Assembly: GCA_964291295.2 (NCBI GenBank)
Contig: OZ219754.1
Coordinates: 2,080,001 to 2,144,000, forward strand
DNA: 64,000 nucleotides
Origin: an uncultured Candidatus Binatia bacterium
GTDB taxonomy: Bacteria > Desulfobacterota > Binatia > UBA9968 > JAJDTQ01
Direction of reading: 5' to 3'
Below, one piece after another: positions 38,268-47,209 of the stretch. Below the pieces are notes generated by a model. That model worked only from the letters and a program-made list of their open reading frames with translations. It was not told the DNA's origin and ran no database searches. The number at the start of each line of letters is the position of its first letter. The first letter of the stretch is position 1. Both the position numbers and the translations under genes were made by a program.

Positions 38268-38708
38268 CTACCCGCAGCCGCCCACCGTGACGATGATCGG
38301 GCGGGATGTCGTGCGAAACGTGCCGTCCGGCATCTCCGCGACGGCGATCAGCCTCTGACTCCGGGCCAGCCGGACTCGGGTCATTGCCGCGGGGGTCACT
38401 CCCTTCCCGAAAGCAAAGACCGCGACGCCGGGATACGGATTGCGGTCCGTGAATACGGCGATGCGCCGGGCACCCTTGGCGGAAACCCGGACCGGCACGG
38501 CGTTTCCGTTATCGGCGATTTCCGGGGCTTCGATGCGGACGCCGCCCTTCACCGGCACCTTCCCCTTGGTGAACGTGGCGATGGCGTGGGAGGTATCGGC
38601 GGGGGCTGCCCGGACGATGCGGGCGGGGACGAAACCGGCCAGACCCGCGGCCAAGGCCGCCAGGGCCGCTCCAGTCAAGGAAAGTACCTCTCTGCGTGTG
38701 GCAGTCAT
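38268..38708 (-). CDS. soxY: Sulfur carrier protein SoxY
   Basis: Tat signal TRREVL, PEIADNGNAVP, NPYP, TRVRLA, C-terminal VTVGGCG. Confidence 0.93.
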   Translation of the reverse strand: MTATRREVLSLTGAALAALAAGLAGFVPARIVRAAPADTSHAIATFTKGKVPVKGGVRIEAPEIADNGNAVPVRVSAKGARRIAVFTDRNPYPGVAVFAFGKGVTPAAMTRVRLARSQRLIAVAEMPDGTFRTTSRPIIVTVGGCG

Positions 38709-38777
38709 GTCAAGTCTTTTTTCGATCCGGAGGTGACAGCCCGGCCAGCCTCTGGCGGGCGCGAGGGTCCGGCTGCC

Positions 38778-38824
38778 GCCAATACGGGTCTTGCCAATAC
38801 GGGTCTTGCCAATACGGGTCTTGC
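38778..38824. repeat. Perfect tandem repeat, 15-bp unit GCCAATACGGGTCTT x3
   Basis: Directly visible; lies in the divergent intergenic region between soxY and the LLM gene. Confidence 0.95.
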
Positions 38825-38937
38825 GGACCCGGGCCGCGCGGACGGGGGAAGCCGCGGTCCGCGAAGTCGTCGCTTGTCGCCCCCCGCAATCCACATTTAT
38901 ATTAGACGCTGGAAGTTCGGAACAAAAGAGGGCGCTC

Positions 38938-39918
38938 ATGAAATTCGGCCTGTTCATCATCGGGGATGACGACCCGGAGCTCCAGCTTGACCTCAAGGAC
39001 TACTACGAGAGGATGCTGGAGCAGGTTCGGTGGGGCGAGTCCTTGGGTTACGAGGGTTTCTGGTTCGGCGAGCACCACTTCGACTTCCACGGCGTCATCC
39101 CGTCGCCCACCGTGCTCCTGTCGGCGGCGGCCGCGTGCACCGATTCCATCCGTTTGGGAGTGGCGGTGGCGTTGCTGCCGTACCGGTCCCCGATACTCAC
39201 GGCCGAAGAGTACGCCATGGTCGACGTGCTCAGCGGCGGCCGTCTCGACTTCGGGGTGGGACGCGGCACGCCGCCCGAGCTCGCGGGTTTCGGCGTCAAG
39301 GGAGACAACCGGGACCGGCTGGTGGAGAGCCTCGAGGTCGTGGAAATGGCATGGCGCGAGGGGCGGGTATCCTGCCAAGGGCGGTTCCATCATATCGATG
39401 ACGTTGCGCTGAACGTGATGCCGGTGCAGCGGCCGACGCCGCCGGTGTACTTTGCCGCCCTGAGCCAGGGTTCCTGCCAGGTGGCGGGGGAGCGCGGTTA
39501 TCCCATCCTCGGGATCCCCTTCGCCAGCTGCAGGGACATGGCGGAGGTGAAGCGGAAGGTGGACTTCTACAAGGAGACCCTCGGCCGCTCGGGCCATGAT
39601 GCCGGCGCGCTGGACGTGGTCCAGACCATCCATGCCCACGTGGCCGAGTCCGACGCCGCCGCCCGACGCCGCGCCCGCCCCGCCATGAGCCGCTACTACG
39701 AGATGCGAAAGGCGATACGCCCCCGCGGCTACGACGAACTCGACCGCCAGCGCATGCTGATGGTCGGCGGCCCCGACCGCTGCGTCGAGCAGATACGGGA
39801 GATCGCCGACACCGGCGCCAACTACATCATCTTTTCCATGAACTTCGCCGGCCTGGATCAGAAGAGTGTTCTCGACTCCATGGCGATGATGGCCGAGGAG
39901 GTGCTGCCCAGGTTGTAG
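38938..39918 (+). CDS. LLM class flavin-dependent oxidoreductase
   Basis: MKFGLF, WFGEHHF, IRLG, AEEYAMVDVLSGGRLDFGVGRG. Confidence 0.93.
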   Translation: MKFGLFIIGDDDPELQLDLKDYYERMLEQVRWGESLGYEGFWFGEHHFDFHGVIPSPTVLLSAAAACTDSIRLGVAVALLPYRSPILTAEEYAMVDVLSGGRLDFGVGRGTPPELAGFGVKGDNRDRLVESLEVVEMAWREGRVSCQGRFHHIDDVALNVMPVQRPTPPVYFAALSQGSCQVAGERGYPILGIPFASCRDMAEVKRKVDFYKETLGRSGHDAGALDVVQTIHAHVAESDAAARRRARPAMSRYYEMRKAIRPRGYDELDRQRMLMVGGPDRCVEQIREIADTGANYIIFSMNFAGLDQKSVLDSMAMMAEEVLPRL

Positions 39919-40100
39919 GGAGCCGGGCGCGCGTCCCCGGCGGCGCGGTTCGACTTCAGGCATGAACCCGCCGACACCGGAAAGGCTGGCCGGGAGTCGG
40001 TTGACGTTCCGGCGTGTGCCTTTCGCGAAGACGCCGTGCGAGCCGGCAGCACAGGACGGGCCGATGGAGGGAAGGGGAGGAAAGGGCGAATGCGTCTGCC

Positions 40101-41417
40101 CTACGCCATCAGCCCCGGCAGCCAGGTGGCGAGGGGGGGAAACAGCATCACCAGTGCCAGCGCGATGATGTTGATGAGAACGAAGGGGACGACGCCACGG
40201 TAGATGGCGCCCAGGGTGACGTCGGGGGGAGAAACCCCCTGGAGGACGAAAAGGTTCATGCCGAAGGGCGGGGTGATGAGCGAGAGCTCGATATTGACCA
40301 TGGTGACGATGGCGAACCACAGGGGGTCGAGGCCAAGGGAGCGGATGACCGGGAAGAAGATCGGCACCGTGATGAGCATGATGGAGATGGGTTCCATGAA
40401 CGAGCCCATGAGCAGGATCACGATCTGCATGCTGGCGATGATGACCCACGGCGGCACCGGCAGTTCGGTGGCGAACATGGACAGGCCCATGGCGGCGCCG
40501 GAATGGGCCAGGATCTGGCTGAAGGCGGTTGCGCTGGTGACGATGAGGAGCGCGAACCCTGAAACCTCCACCGTCCCCAGCAGCGACTTTCGCAGGACTT
40601 CCCGCGACAGCCGCCGGTACGCCACCGTCAGGAAGAAGGCTCCGGCCACGCCCATGGCGGCGGACTCGCTGGGGGTGGCGACGCCCATGAAGATCGATCC
40701 CAGCACCAGCATCACCAGCACCACCAGCGGCAGGAAGTACCTGAGGGCCGTCAGCCGCTCGCCCCAGGACACCTTCTCCAGTTCCACGGCTGGAGCCAGT
40801 TGCGGCCGGATGGTACAGGCGACGACGATGTAGCCGAACAACAGCGTTGCCAGCAGCAGGCCCGGCAGGATTCCGCCGATCAGCAGGTCTCCGACCGAGA
40901 GCTGGCTGATGCCGCCGAAAATGACCATCAACGCGCTGGGAGGGATGAGCACCGCAAGTCCTCCGGAGGTGGCGAGCGTGCCCACGGCCAGGCCGGTGTC
41001 GTAGCCCTGCTTGCGCATTTCCGGAATCAGGATGGTGCCCAGGGTGGCGGAACTGGCCATGCTGGAGCCGCTGGCAGCTCCGAAGGCGGTTCCCGCCAGC
41101 ACGGCCATCACGGCCAGGCGGCCGGGCACGGCGCCCAGCCACTTGCCGATGGAGGTGATGGCGGTGGCGGCCAGTCCCGAGTGCAGCACCAGTTCACCCA
41201 TGAGCACGAACAGGGGCAAGGCGATGAACGCGAAGGTTCCGATGCTCGTGAAGCTGCTCAACGCCACGGCCTGGACCGCGCCCGTGCCCACCAGCAGGTA
41301 GAGGAAACCCAGGTTCAATACGCCGAACGCGAACGCGATCGGGATGCCCGACGCCATCAGCAGGACCAGGGAGCCGAACATCACGATCAGGACGATCCAC
41401 CACTCGAGGAGAATCAG
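40101..41417 (-). CDS. dctM: TRAP transporter large permease DctM (start probably non-canonical)
   Basis: ALPLFVLMG, SGSSMAS, LIPPS, ATPSES, LITPPFGMNLF. Confidence 0.93.
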   Translation of the reverse strand: MILLEWWIVLIVMFGSLVLLMASGIPIAFAFGVLNLGFLYLLVGTGAVQAVALSSFTSIGTFAFIALPLFVLMGELVLHSGLAATAITSIGKWLGAVPGRLAVMAVLAGTAFGAASGSSMASSATLGTILIPEMRKQGYDTGLAVGTLATSGGLAVLIPPSALMVIFGGISQLSVGDLLIGGILPGLLLATLLFGYIVVACTIRPQLAPAVELEKVSWGERLTALRYFLPLVVLVMLVLGSIFMGVATPSESAAMGVAGAFFLTVAYRRLSREVLRKSLLGTVEVSGFALLIVTSATAFSQILAHSGAAMGLSMFATELPVPPWVIIASMQIVILLMGSFMEPISIMLITVPIFFPVIRSLGLDPLWFAIVTMVNIELSLITPPFGMNLFVLQGVSPPDVTLGAIYRGVVPFVLINIIALALVMLFPPLATWLPGLMA

Positions 41418-41929
41418 AGGCCTCCCTTCTCGGGAGCCGTCGTCGTGTGGGTGCGCGAAGCGGCGAGGATCCTGACCACGAAGGCCAGACCCAGCCACGC
41501 CGCGCCGACCGGTATGATCACGAGTGCCGGGAACTTCGGCAGGTTGAGCGCGGTGGAGAATCGGTGGCCGTTCTCGAACGCGTGCCACGCCACCGCCCAG
41601 GACTGCCACGCCAGGACAACGCAGTAGAGGAAGCCCAGGATGTCGGTGATGCGGCGCAGCCTGCGTCGCGATGCCGGCCGGAGCCGCGCGGTGACGATCT
41701 CCACCTTCACGTGGTGGTCGTTCATCAGGATCCACCCGGCCGGAACGAAGGTGAGGTAGACCAGCAGGTATTCGTTGATGTCGATGACCCAGATCGTGGG
41801 AGCGTGGAAGATCAGACGGGCGAACACGTCATAGAGAACCGTCACCGCCATCACCACCACGAACGCGGCGGATACATGGCCCAGCACGTGGTTCGTGTTG
41901 TCGAAGGCGCGGTTCAGCGAGTTCAGCAT
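41414..41929 (-). CDS. dctQ: TRAP transporter small permease DctQ
   Basis: Four TM helices, PTIWV, HVKVE. Confidence 0.9.
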   Translation of the reverse strand: MLNSLNRAFDNTNHVLGHVSAAFVVVMAVTVLYDVFARLIFHAPTIWVIDINEYLLVYLTFVPAGWILMNDHHVKVEIVTARLRPASRRRLRRITDILGFLYCVVLAWQSWAVAWHAFENGHRFSTALNLPKFPALVIIPVGAAWLGLAFVVRILAASRTHTTTAPEKGGL

Positions 41930-41953
41930 GGCGTGAACTGCGAGCGTCCCGGA

Positions 41954-42970
41954 TCAATTGTAGCGCGCCAGGGCCTTCTGGATCTGCGGACCGTACTGGG
42001 GCGATTGCTTGAGCAACTCGGGCCAGTAGGAATTGCGGGCGTCGGCCAGCCGCTTCCGGGCGGCGGCGTCCACCTCGATGATCTTCATGCCGTTCTTCTC
42101 AAGCCGTTTGATCGCGGCATTGTCGTTGGTTCGGAAGTAGCGGAGTATCGTGGGCTCCATTTCTGCAATGGTCCCCTCCAGCAACTGCGTCACGTTCTCC
42201 GGCAGCTTGTCCCACGCCCGTGTCGGCATGTAGATGCCGCCCGGGGCGAACTGGATGGGCGTCGCGATCATGGCCTTGTAGATCTTGTGTTCGCCGAAGC
42301 TCCACGCGTCGTTGGGCGCACGATAGGCGCCGTCCACCGTGCGGCGCTGCAACGCCGTATACAGCTCGTTGGCCTTGATGGTCTGGGGCGAGCCGCCGAG
42401 CGCCCGGATGGCGGCGGCGTCCTGGGCGCCCGAGGCGCGGATCCTTTTGCCCTTGATACCGTCGAGGTCCTTGATGGGCTTGGCCATGAGGAAGCGGAAG
42501 CCGGTTCCGGCCACGGTGATGCCCAGGAAGCGCATGGATGACTTCTCCCTGTAGGCCTTGTTGATGATCTCCATGACGCCGCTCTTGCGCAGGGCCTCCA
42601 GGTACGTCTCCAGGCTGTCGGGCGGGATCAGACTCATGGCCGCGGCTTCGATGGTCTCGCCCACATAGTACGCCGGGGCGGTGTTGGTCATGTCGGCGAT
42701 GCCGGTGCGCAGGGCCTGGAACTGCTCGAACGCGGAGGCCACTTCGTTTCCGCCCAAGAGCCGGATCCGCACCACGCCCTTGCCCCGCTTGTTTACTTCC
42801 TCAATGTACTTCTTGTACCAGGTGTTGCCGTCGATGCTCAGCGGCCAGGCCGAGATGGCGCGGATCACCACCTCCCTGGCGTCGGCCGGGGCGGCAGCGG
42901 TGAGGATCCACAGGGGCACGGTCAGCAATGGAGCCAGCAGAGAGACTCTCGCAAAGGACTTCAAGTACAT
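41954..42970 (-). CDS. dctP: TRAP solute-binding protein DctP
   Basis: Signal peptide, KGKRIR, ELYTALQRRTVDG. Confidence 0.92.
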   Translation of the reverse strand: MYLKSFARVSLLAPLLTVPLWILTAAAPADAREVVIRAISAWPLSIDGNTWYKKYIEEVNKRGKGVVRIRLLGGNEVASAFEQFQALRTGIADMTNTAPAYYVGETIEAAAMSLIPPDSLETYLEALRKSGVMEIINKAYREKSSMRFLGITVAGTGFRFLMAKPIKDLDGIKGKRIRASGAQDAAAIRALGGSPQTIKANELYTALQRRTVDGAYRAPNDAWSFGEHKIYKAMIATPIQFAPGGIYMPTRAWDKLPENVTQLLEGTIAEMEPTILRYFRTNDNAAIKRLEKNGMKIIEVDAAARKRLADARNSYWPELLKQSPQYGPQIQKALARYN

Positions 42971-43018
42971 CGGGTACCTCCCATGGTCCTGTCGGAGAAG
43001 GTCTCCCGGACAGGATGT

Positions 43019-43519
43019 TCAGATCGCCTCGTAGGGGTAGCGCTTCACCTTCTCCATGTTCTTGCCCTCGATCCGGATCAATTTGGTGGTATCGGCCCGC
43101 CACGGCGAGTGAAGCTCCCCTTCATTGTAGAGGTGGGCCATGCCGGGCTTGAGGGTGTAGGTGCGCAGCTTGCGCGCCTTGCCCTTCCTGCCCTCGCTTG
43201 CGGGCTCGACCTTCTCCCAGTCGGTCATCTCGGTCTCGCCGCTGGCCTGACCGTAGATGGCCCAGGCCGGACCGTGGTCGTGGGGGTTGCTTCCCTTGGC
43301 GCCCTTGTTGTGGTGGGCCAGGATGCAGAAACCCAACTCGGGATCCTCATAGATCACTTTCCGCTCCGGCTGGTCCTGTTCGATATGTTCGGCGATGAAC
43401 GCCTGGTCCTGGCAGACCTCTTCCACCAGCGAAACCACCTTCCGGCGCCCCTCGGGGCCGGGTTCCGCCTGGAGGATACGACGACAGTCGGCGGCAAACT
43501 GTTCCAGCGTGTGACTCAT
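43019..43519 (-). CDS. Cupin / cysteine-dioxygenase-like protein
   Basis: PHDHGPAWAIYG...LHSP 3-His pattern; GAAGGAG SD. Confidence 0.8.
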   Translation of the reverse strand: MSHTLEQFAADCRRILQAEPGPEGRRKVVSLVEEVCQDQAFIAEHIEQDQPERKVIYEDPELGFCILAHHNKGAKGSNPHDHGPAWAIYGQASGETEMTDWEKVEPASEGRKGKARKLRTYTLKPGMAHLYNEGELHSPWRADTTKLIRIEGKNMEKVKRYPYEAI

Positions 43520-43593
43520 GACACGACTCCTTCGGAGAGTTGATTGGGGCCCGCCGAACTGGATTCCGGGCCCGTGGTTCGATGTTCCAGGCC

Positions 43594-43622
43594 CTTGTAC
43601 GTATCGCCGGCGACGGTGTCAA
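43594..43622 (-). promoter_or_regulatory. Candidate sigma70 promoter for cupin-TRAP operon
   Basis: TTGACA-17nt-TACAAG on the minus strand. Confidence 0.4.
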
Positions 43623-43908
43623 GCCGGATCACCGCATCCCGTCGCATCCGCCGAGCCCGCAGATCTCCTTGACATCGGACCGCGACTTGAACCCCAGGCG
43701 CGAAACGTTCGCCCTCGTCTCGCCGGTGGTGTCCCTCGAACGTTTCAAGGCCATCCGCCAACTCGAACCAACCGACGACGGGCTGTCCCCGCCGCACGGG
43801 CCGCCAACGGCAGCATGACGTCTTCTGCCATACGTTCCGGGTCGCACTCGGAACTTGTCATTCCACCCAGGCAGGGGCCCGGACGAAACGGCGCCTGCCG
43901 GGCACCTG

Positions 43909-44907
43909 CTATTCCGCCCACCCCACGATCGGAGTGAACAGCTCCTCCAGGGCGGGCCTCGGCTCGGCCACGAAGCCCTGCTCCACGAGATACTGCATGA
44001 AGGTGTCGAGGGTCGTGCGGTTGGCCTCCACCCCGTAGGGGTAGGGGTCTCCGCCGAACAGTTCGCGGATCTCGTCCATCTCCGCGTTGAGCCAGGGAAG
44101 CATGTACACCATGGTGCCGGTGAAGCTCATGTGATCCAGGGCCCACGCCTTGGCCGCATGGAAGGCCTTGAACATGCTCTCGGCGATCCACGGGTGCCTG
44201 AGATGCAGTTCCTCCCGCATCACGATGGTGTGCATGATCGGAAAGACGCCGGTTTCCCGAAAGTAGTCCCGTTCCACTCGCCGGTAGTCGGGAAAGAGCC
44301 TGACGATGCCCGGGTGCCGGCCCAGTGCTTGGGGTTGACGCGCGCCCAGGCAGGCGACGATGTCGCCTGCCTGCAGCAGGTCGTTGATGGACTTGTCCGC
44401 CGGTGCCGGTTCGATCTCCAGGGCGCCAGTCGGCCGCAGGTCCACGTCGCGGTCCGGCGGCCGCGGCGTGTTGACGCCGCCCTCCACCCAGTGGATCGAG
44501 GAGAGGTCCACGCCGTGGCGGTGTTGCAGGATGCCGCGGATCCATACCGCCGCGGTCTGTCCGTACTCCTGCACGCCGACGCGCGCACCGTCGAGGTCGC
44601 GGGGTTCCGCGATGCCCCGATCCCGGTTCACGCAGATGTACGCATGGCGAAAGAGCCGCGACGGGAATACCGGCAGCGCGATGAATGGGAACGAACCCCG
44701 GGAACGCCGGGTCACGTAGGTGGACAGCGACATCTCGCAGGGGTCGAAGGCCCGGGTCTTCATCATGCGGTTGAAGATCTCGGGCGGCGACTGGATCCGG
44801 AGGCAGGTGAGGTCGATGCCCTCGGGCCGCACCTCGCCCCTGGCGATGGCTTCAACCCGGTCATAGGGGCCGGTGGCCAGGGTCAGTGAAAGGTTTCCCA
44901 AGTTCAT
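43909..44907 (-). CDS. 4,5-dihydroxyphthalate decarboxylase-like (periplasmic-binding-fold) protein
   Basis: YDR, EMSLSTY, PVFPSRLFRH, TAAVWIRG, FPIMH, PYGVEANR; no signal peptide. Confidence 0.85.
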   Translation of the reverse strand: MNLGNLSLTLATGPYDRVEAIARGEVRPEGIDLTCLRIQSPPEIFNRMMKTRAFDPCEMSLSTYVTRRSRGSFPFIALPVFPSRLFRHAYICVNRDRGIAEPRDLDGARVGVQEYGQTAAVWIRGILQHRHGVDLSSIHWVEGGVNTPRPPDRDVDLRPTGALEIEPAPADKSINDLLQAGDIVACLGARQPQALGRHPGIVRLFPDYRRVERDYFRETGVFPIMHTIVMREELHLRHPWIAESMFKAFHAAKAWALDHMSFTGTMVYMLPWLNAEMDEIRELFGGDPYPYGVEANRTTLDTFMQYLVEQGFVAEPRPALEELFTPIVGWAE

Positions 44908-45004
44908 CTCCTCCGTGGCGGGAGCGGGTACGGCTCCACGCGTACCTGTTCACAATTGCCTTGAATCGCGGTCTTCAGGCCCGGTTCCCGCAGACGCCGC
45001 CGCT

Positions 45005-45033
45005 TTGCATCGGCCTCTTGCAGTCGCTATGAT
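45005..45033 (+). promoter_or_regulatory. Sigma70 promoter candidate for LLM gene
   Basis: TTGCAT-17nt-TATGAT. Confidence 0.6.
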
Positions 45034-45147
45034 GCGGTGCGTGAGGCGACAACGTTCATGGAACCGGACGAAGCCTTCCAGAGTGCATCGCAAGTCTCAA
45101 CCCCGGTTTCAACCCCGGTGAACCCCCTCGGCGAGAGGATTCCATCC

Positions 45148-46140
45148 ATGCGAATGCAGTTCAGTCTTCACAGTCCCAACGGCGGTGTAAAGGAGGTGGC
45201 GCGGATCCGGGAGCGTGTCGTGCAGGCGGAGCGGTTCGGTTTCGAAGGCGTCTTTCTGGGCTCCAGCCAGCTCAGTACGCCCGATCCCTTTCAGGTGCTG
45301 GCCTGCTGCGCCATGGCCACGAGCCGCCTGAAACTCGGCACTGCCGTGAGCAGCATGGTGTACCAGGATCCCACGGTGCTGGCGGGCATGGCGGCGACGC
45401 TGAGCGAAATATCCGAGGGTCGGGCGGTGCTCGGTCTCGGCACCGGGGACGGCCCGGTCCATGCCATGGGCCGGAAACCGACCCGTCTCAAGGAGTTCGA
45501 GGACGGCGTCCGCACCATTCGCATGCTGCTGCAGGGGGGCGAGCTGGTGACGCCCACCAGCCGCGTGCGGGTGAACTACCGGCTGGTGCCGGCGCCGGTG
45601 TATCTTGCCATGGAAGGCCCCAAGGGTTTGCGCCTGGCCGGGCGGGTGGCCGACGGGGTGTTCCTCGGCAGCGGCGTGGAACCCGGCGCCGTGCGATGGG
45701 CGCTGGCGCGAATTGCCGAAGGCGCGGCCGCGGCCGGGCGGCCGTCCGACGAGATCACGGTCCTGGCCGCCGGCATGGTGTGCATCACGGAGGACGGCGA
45801 CCAGGCCCGCCGGGTGGTGCGCCGCCGTCTCGCCAACCGGGCGCACCACAATTTCCAGGCGACGCTGGAGACCGTGCCCGAGGAGGAGTTGGCAAGCGTC
45901 GAGAAATTCATGGCCGCCTTCGATCAGTCCAGGCCCATGGAGGAACGATCCGACCCCGCGCTCATCACGGACTATCTCGTGCGGCGTTTCGCCATTGCCG
46001 GTACGCCGAAGGAGTGCGTCGCGCAGTTGGAGGAGCTGGCGGCCACGGGCGTGGAGCGCGTCATGCTGACGCCGCCCCGGAGCGTATACGAGGAAACGGT
46101 GGACGCACTGGCGAAGCAGGTGATGCCGGTGTTTCGCTGA
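45148..46140 (+). CDS. LLM class oxidoreductase (Mer-like)
   Basis: TSRLKLGTAV, SEGRAVLGLGTGD, GPKGLRLAGRVADG. Confidence 0.9.
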   Translation: MRMQFSLHSPNGGVKEVARIRERVVQAERFGFEGVFLGSSQLSTPDPFQVLACCAMATSRLKLGTAVSSMVYQDPTVLAGMAATLSEISEGRAVLGLGTGDGPVHAMGRKPTRLKEFEDGVRTIRMLLQGGELVTPTSRVRVNYRLVPAPVYLAMEGPKGLRLAGRVADGVFLGSGVEPGAVRWALARIAEGAAAAGRPSDEITVLAAGMVCITEDGDQARRVVRRRLANRAHHNFQATLETVPEEELASVEKFMAAFDQSRPMEERSDPALITDYLVRRFAIAGTPKECVAQLEELAATGVERVMLTPPRSVYEETVDALAKQVMPVFR

Positions 46141-46164
46141 CCCGCGGCTCCACCCGGTGGCATC

Positions 46165-47181
46165 CTACAGATTGACCCGCGCCATGCCGTCGGGCGGGTA
46201 GCGGTCGCCGGCCGCCGCGCCGGGCGGAAAGGCGGAGGCCAGCGCCGCGAGATCTTCTTCCGTCAGGGCGAGGTCCAGGGCCTTGAGGTTCTCTTCCAGA
46301 TGGGTGCGCCGCTTGCAGCCGGGGATGGGAAACACGTTGCCGCCCCGCGCCAGCACCCAGGCGAGGCAGACCTGTGCCGGAGTCGCCCCGTGGCCATCGG
46401 CGACCTTTCGCACGGCGCCGGCGCGCTCTCGGTTGGCGGCGGCGTTGGCGTCCGAGAAACGCGGGAACTTGCGCCGGGTGTCGCCTTCCGGCAGCGCTTT
46501 GCCCCCGCTCACCGCGCCGGCCAGAAAGCCGTAGCCCAGCGGCGCATAGGCCATGAGCCCCAGGCCCAGGTCGCCGCACGCCTGCAGGTGGCCCTGTTCG
46601 ACATCGCGGGTCCAGAGCGAATACTCGTACTGCAGCGACACCAGCGGATGGACCTTCGCGGCCCGGCGCAGGGTCTCCGGTGCGGCTTCCGACAGGGCGA
46701 TGAAGCGGGTCTTGCCTTCTTCCACCAGTCGGGCCATGGCTCCCACAGTGTCCTCGATGGGCACGGTGGGGTCGACTCGCGACAGACAGAACGCATCCAG
46801 CGTCTCGATGCCGAGATTCCCGAGGCTGGTCTCGCAGACCCGGCGCAGCCGTTCCGGCGTGCCGCTGCCCCGTGCCACCGACGAGCCGTCGTTGGCGCGG
46901 ATGGTGCCGGTCTTGGAGTGGATGAAGACCTTCTGGCGCTTGCCGCCCTTCAGCGCTTCCCCGATCAATCGGTGGTTGTGCCCTTGGCCGTAGCTGGCCG
47001 ACGTGTCCAGCAGCGTGACCCCGAGGTCGATGGCGCGGTGGATGGCGGCGATGGACTCGGTGTCGTCCGCCGCACCGTACGCCCCGGACATGGAGAAACA
47101 GCCAAGACCGATGCGCGACAGCCTTTCGCCGGTATTGCCGAACCGTGCGGTTTCCATCGGAATGAGGCGGCTGCTTGCCAC
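46165..47181 (-). CDS. Aldo/keto reductase
   Basis: GLGC, LDTSASYG, IALSEA, QYEYSL, YAPLG, PIPG. Confidence 0.93.
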   Translation of the reverse strand: MASSRLIPMETARFGNTGERLSRIGLGCFSMSGAYGAADDTESIAAIHRAIDLGVTLLDTSASYGQGHNHRLIGEALKGGKRQKVFIHSKTGTIRANDGSSVARGSGTPERLRRVCETSLGNLGIETLDAFCLSRVDPTVPIEDTVGAMARLVEEGKTRFIALSEAAPETLRRAAKVHPLVSLQYEYSLWTRDVEQGHLQACGDLGLGLMAYAPLGYGFLAGAVSGGKALPEGDTRRKFPRFSDANAAANRERAGAVRKVADGHGATPAQVCLAWVLARGGNVFPIPGCKRRTHLEENLKALDLALTEEDLAALASAFPPGAAAGDRYPPDGMARVNL

Positions 47182-47209
47182 GGGCCATACCCGTGCCGGC
47201 GCGAGCTCG

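Noticed and set aside
38778-38824. Possible CRISPR array
   Set aside because: The repeats are contiguous with no spacers, and no cas genes are present.
43629-43847. Short minus-strand ORF ending ICGLGGCDGMR as an in-trans MNIO precursor
   Set aside because: It lies 10 kb from the MNIO, has no convincing SD and sits beside a likely promoter; probably chance.
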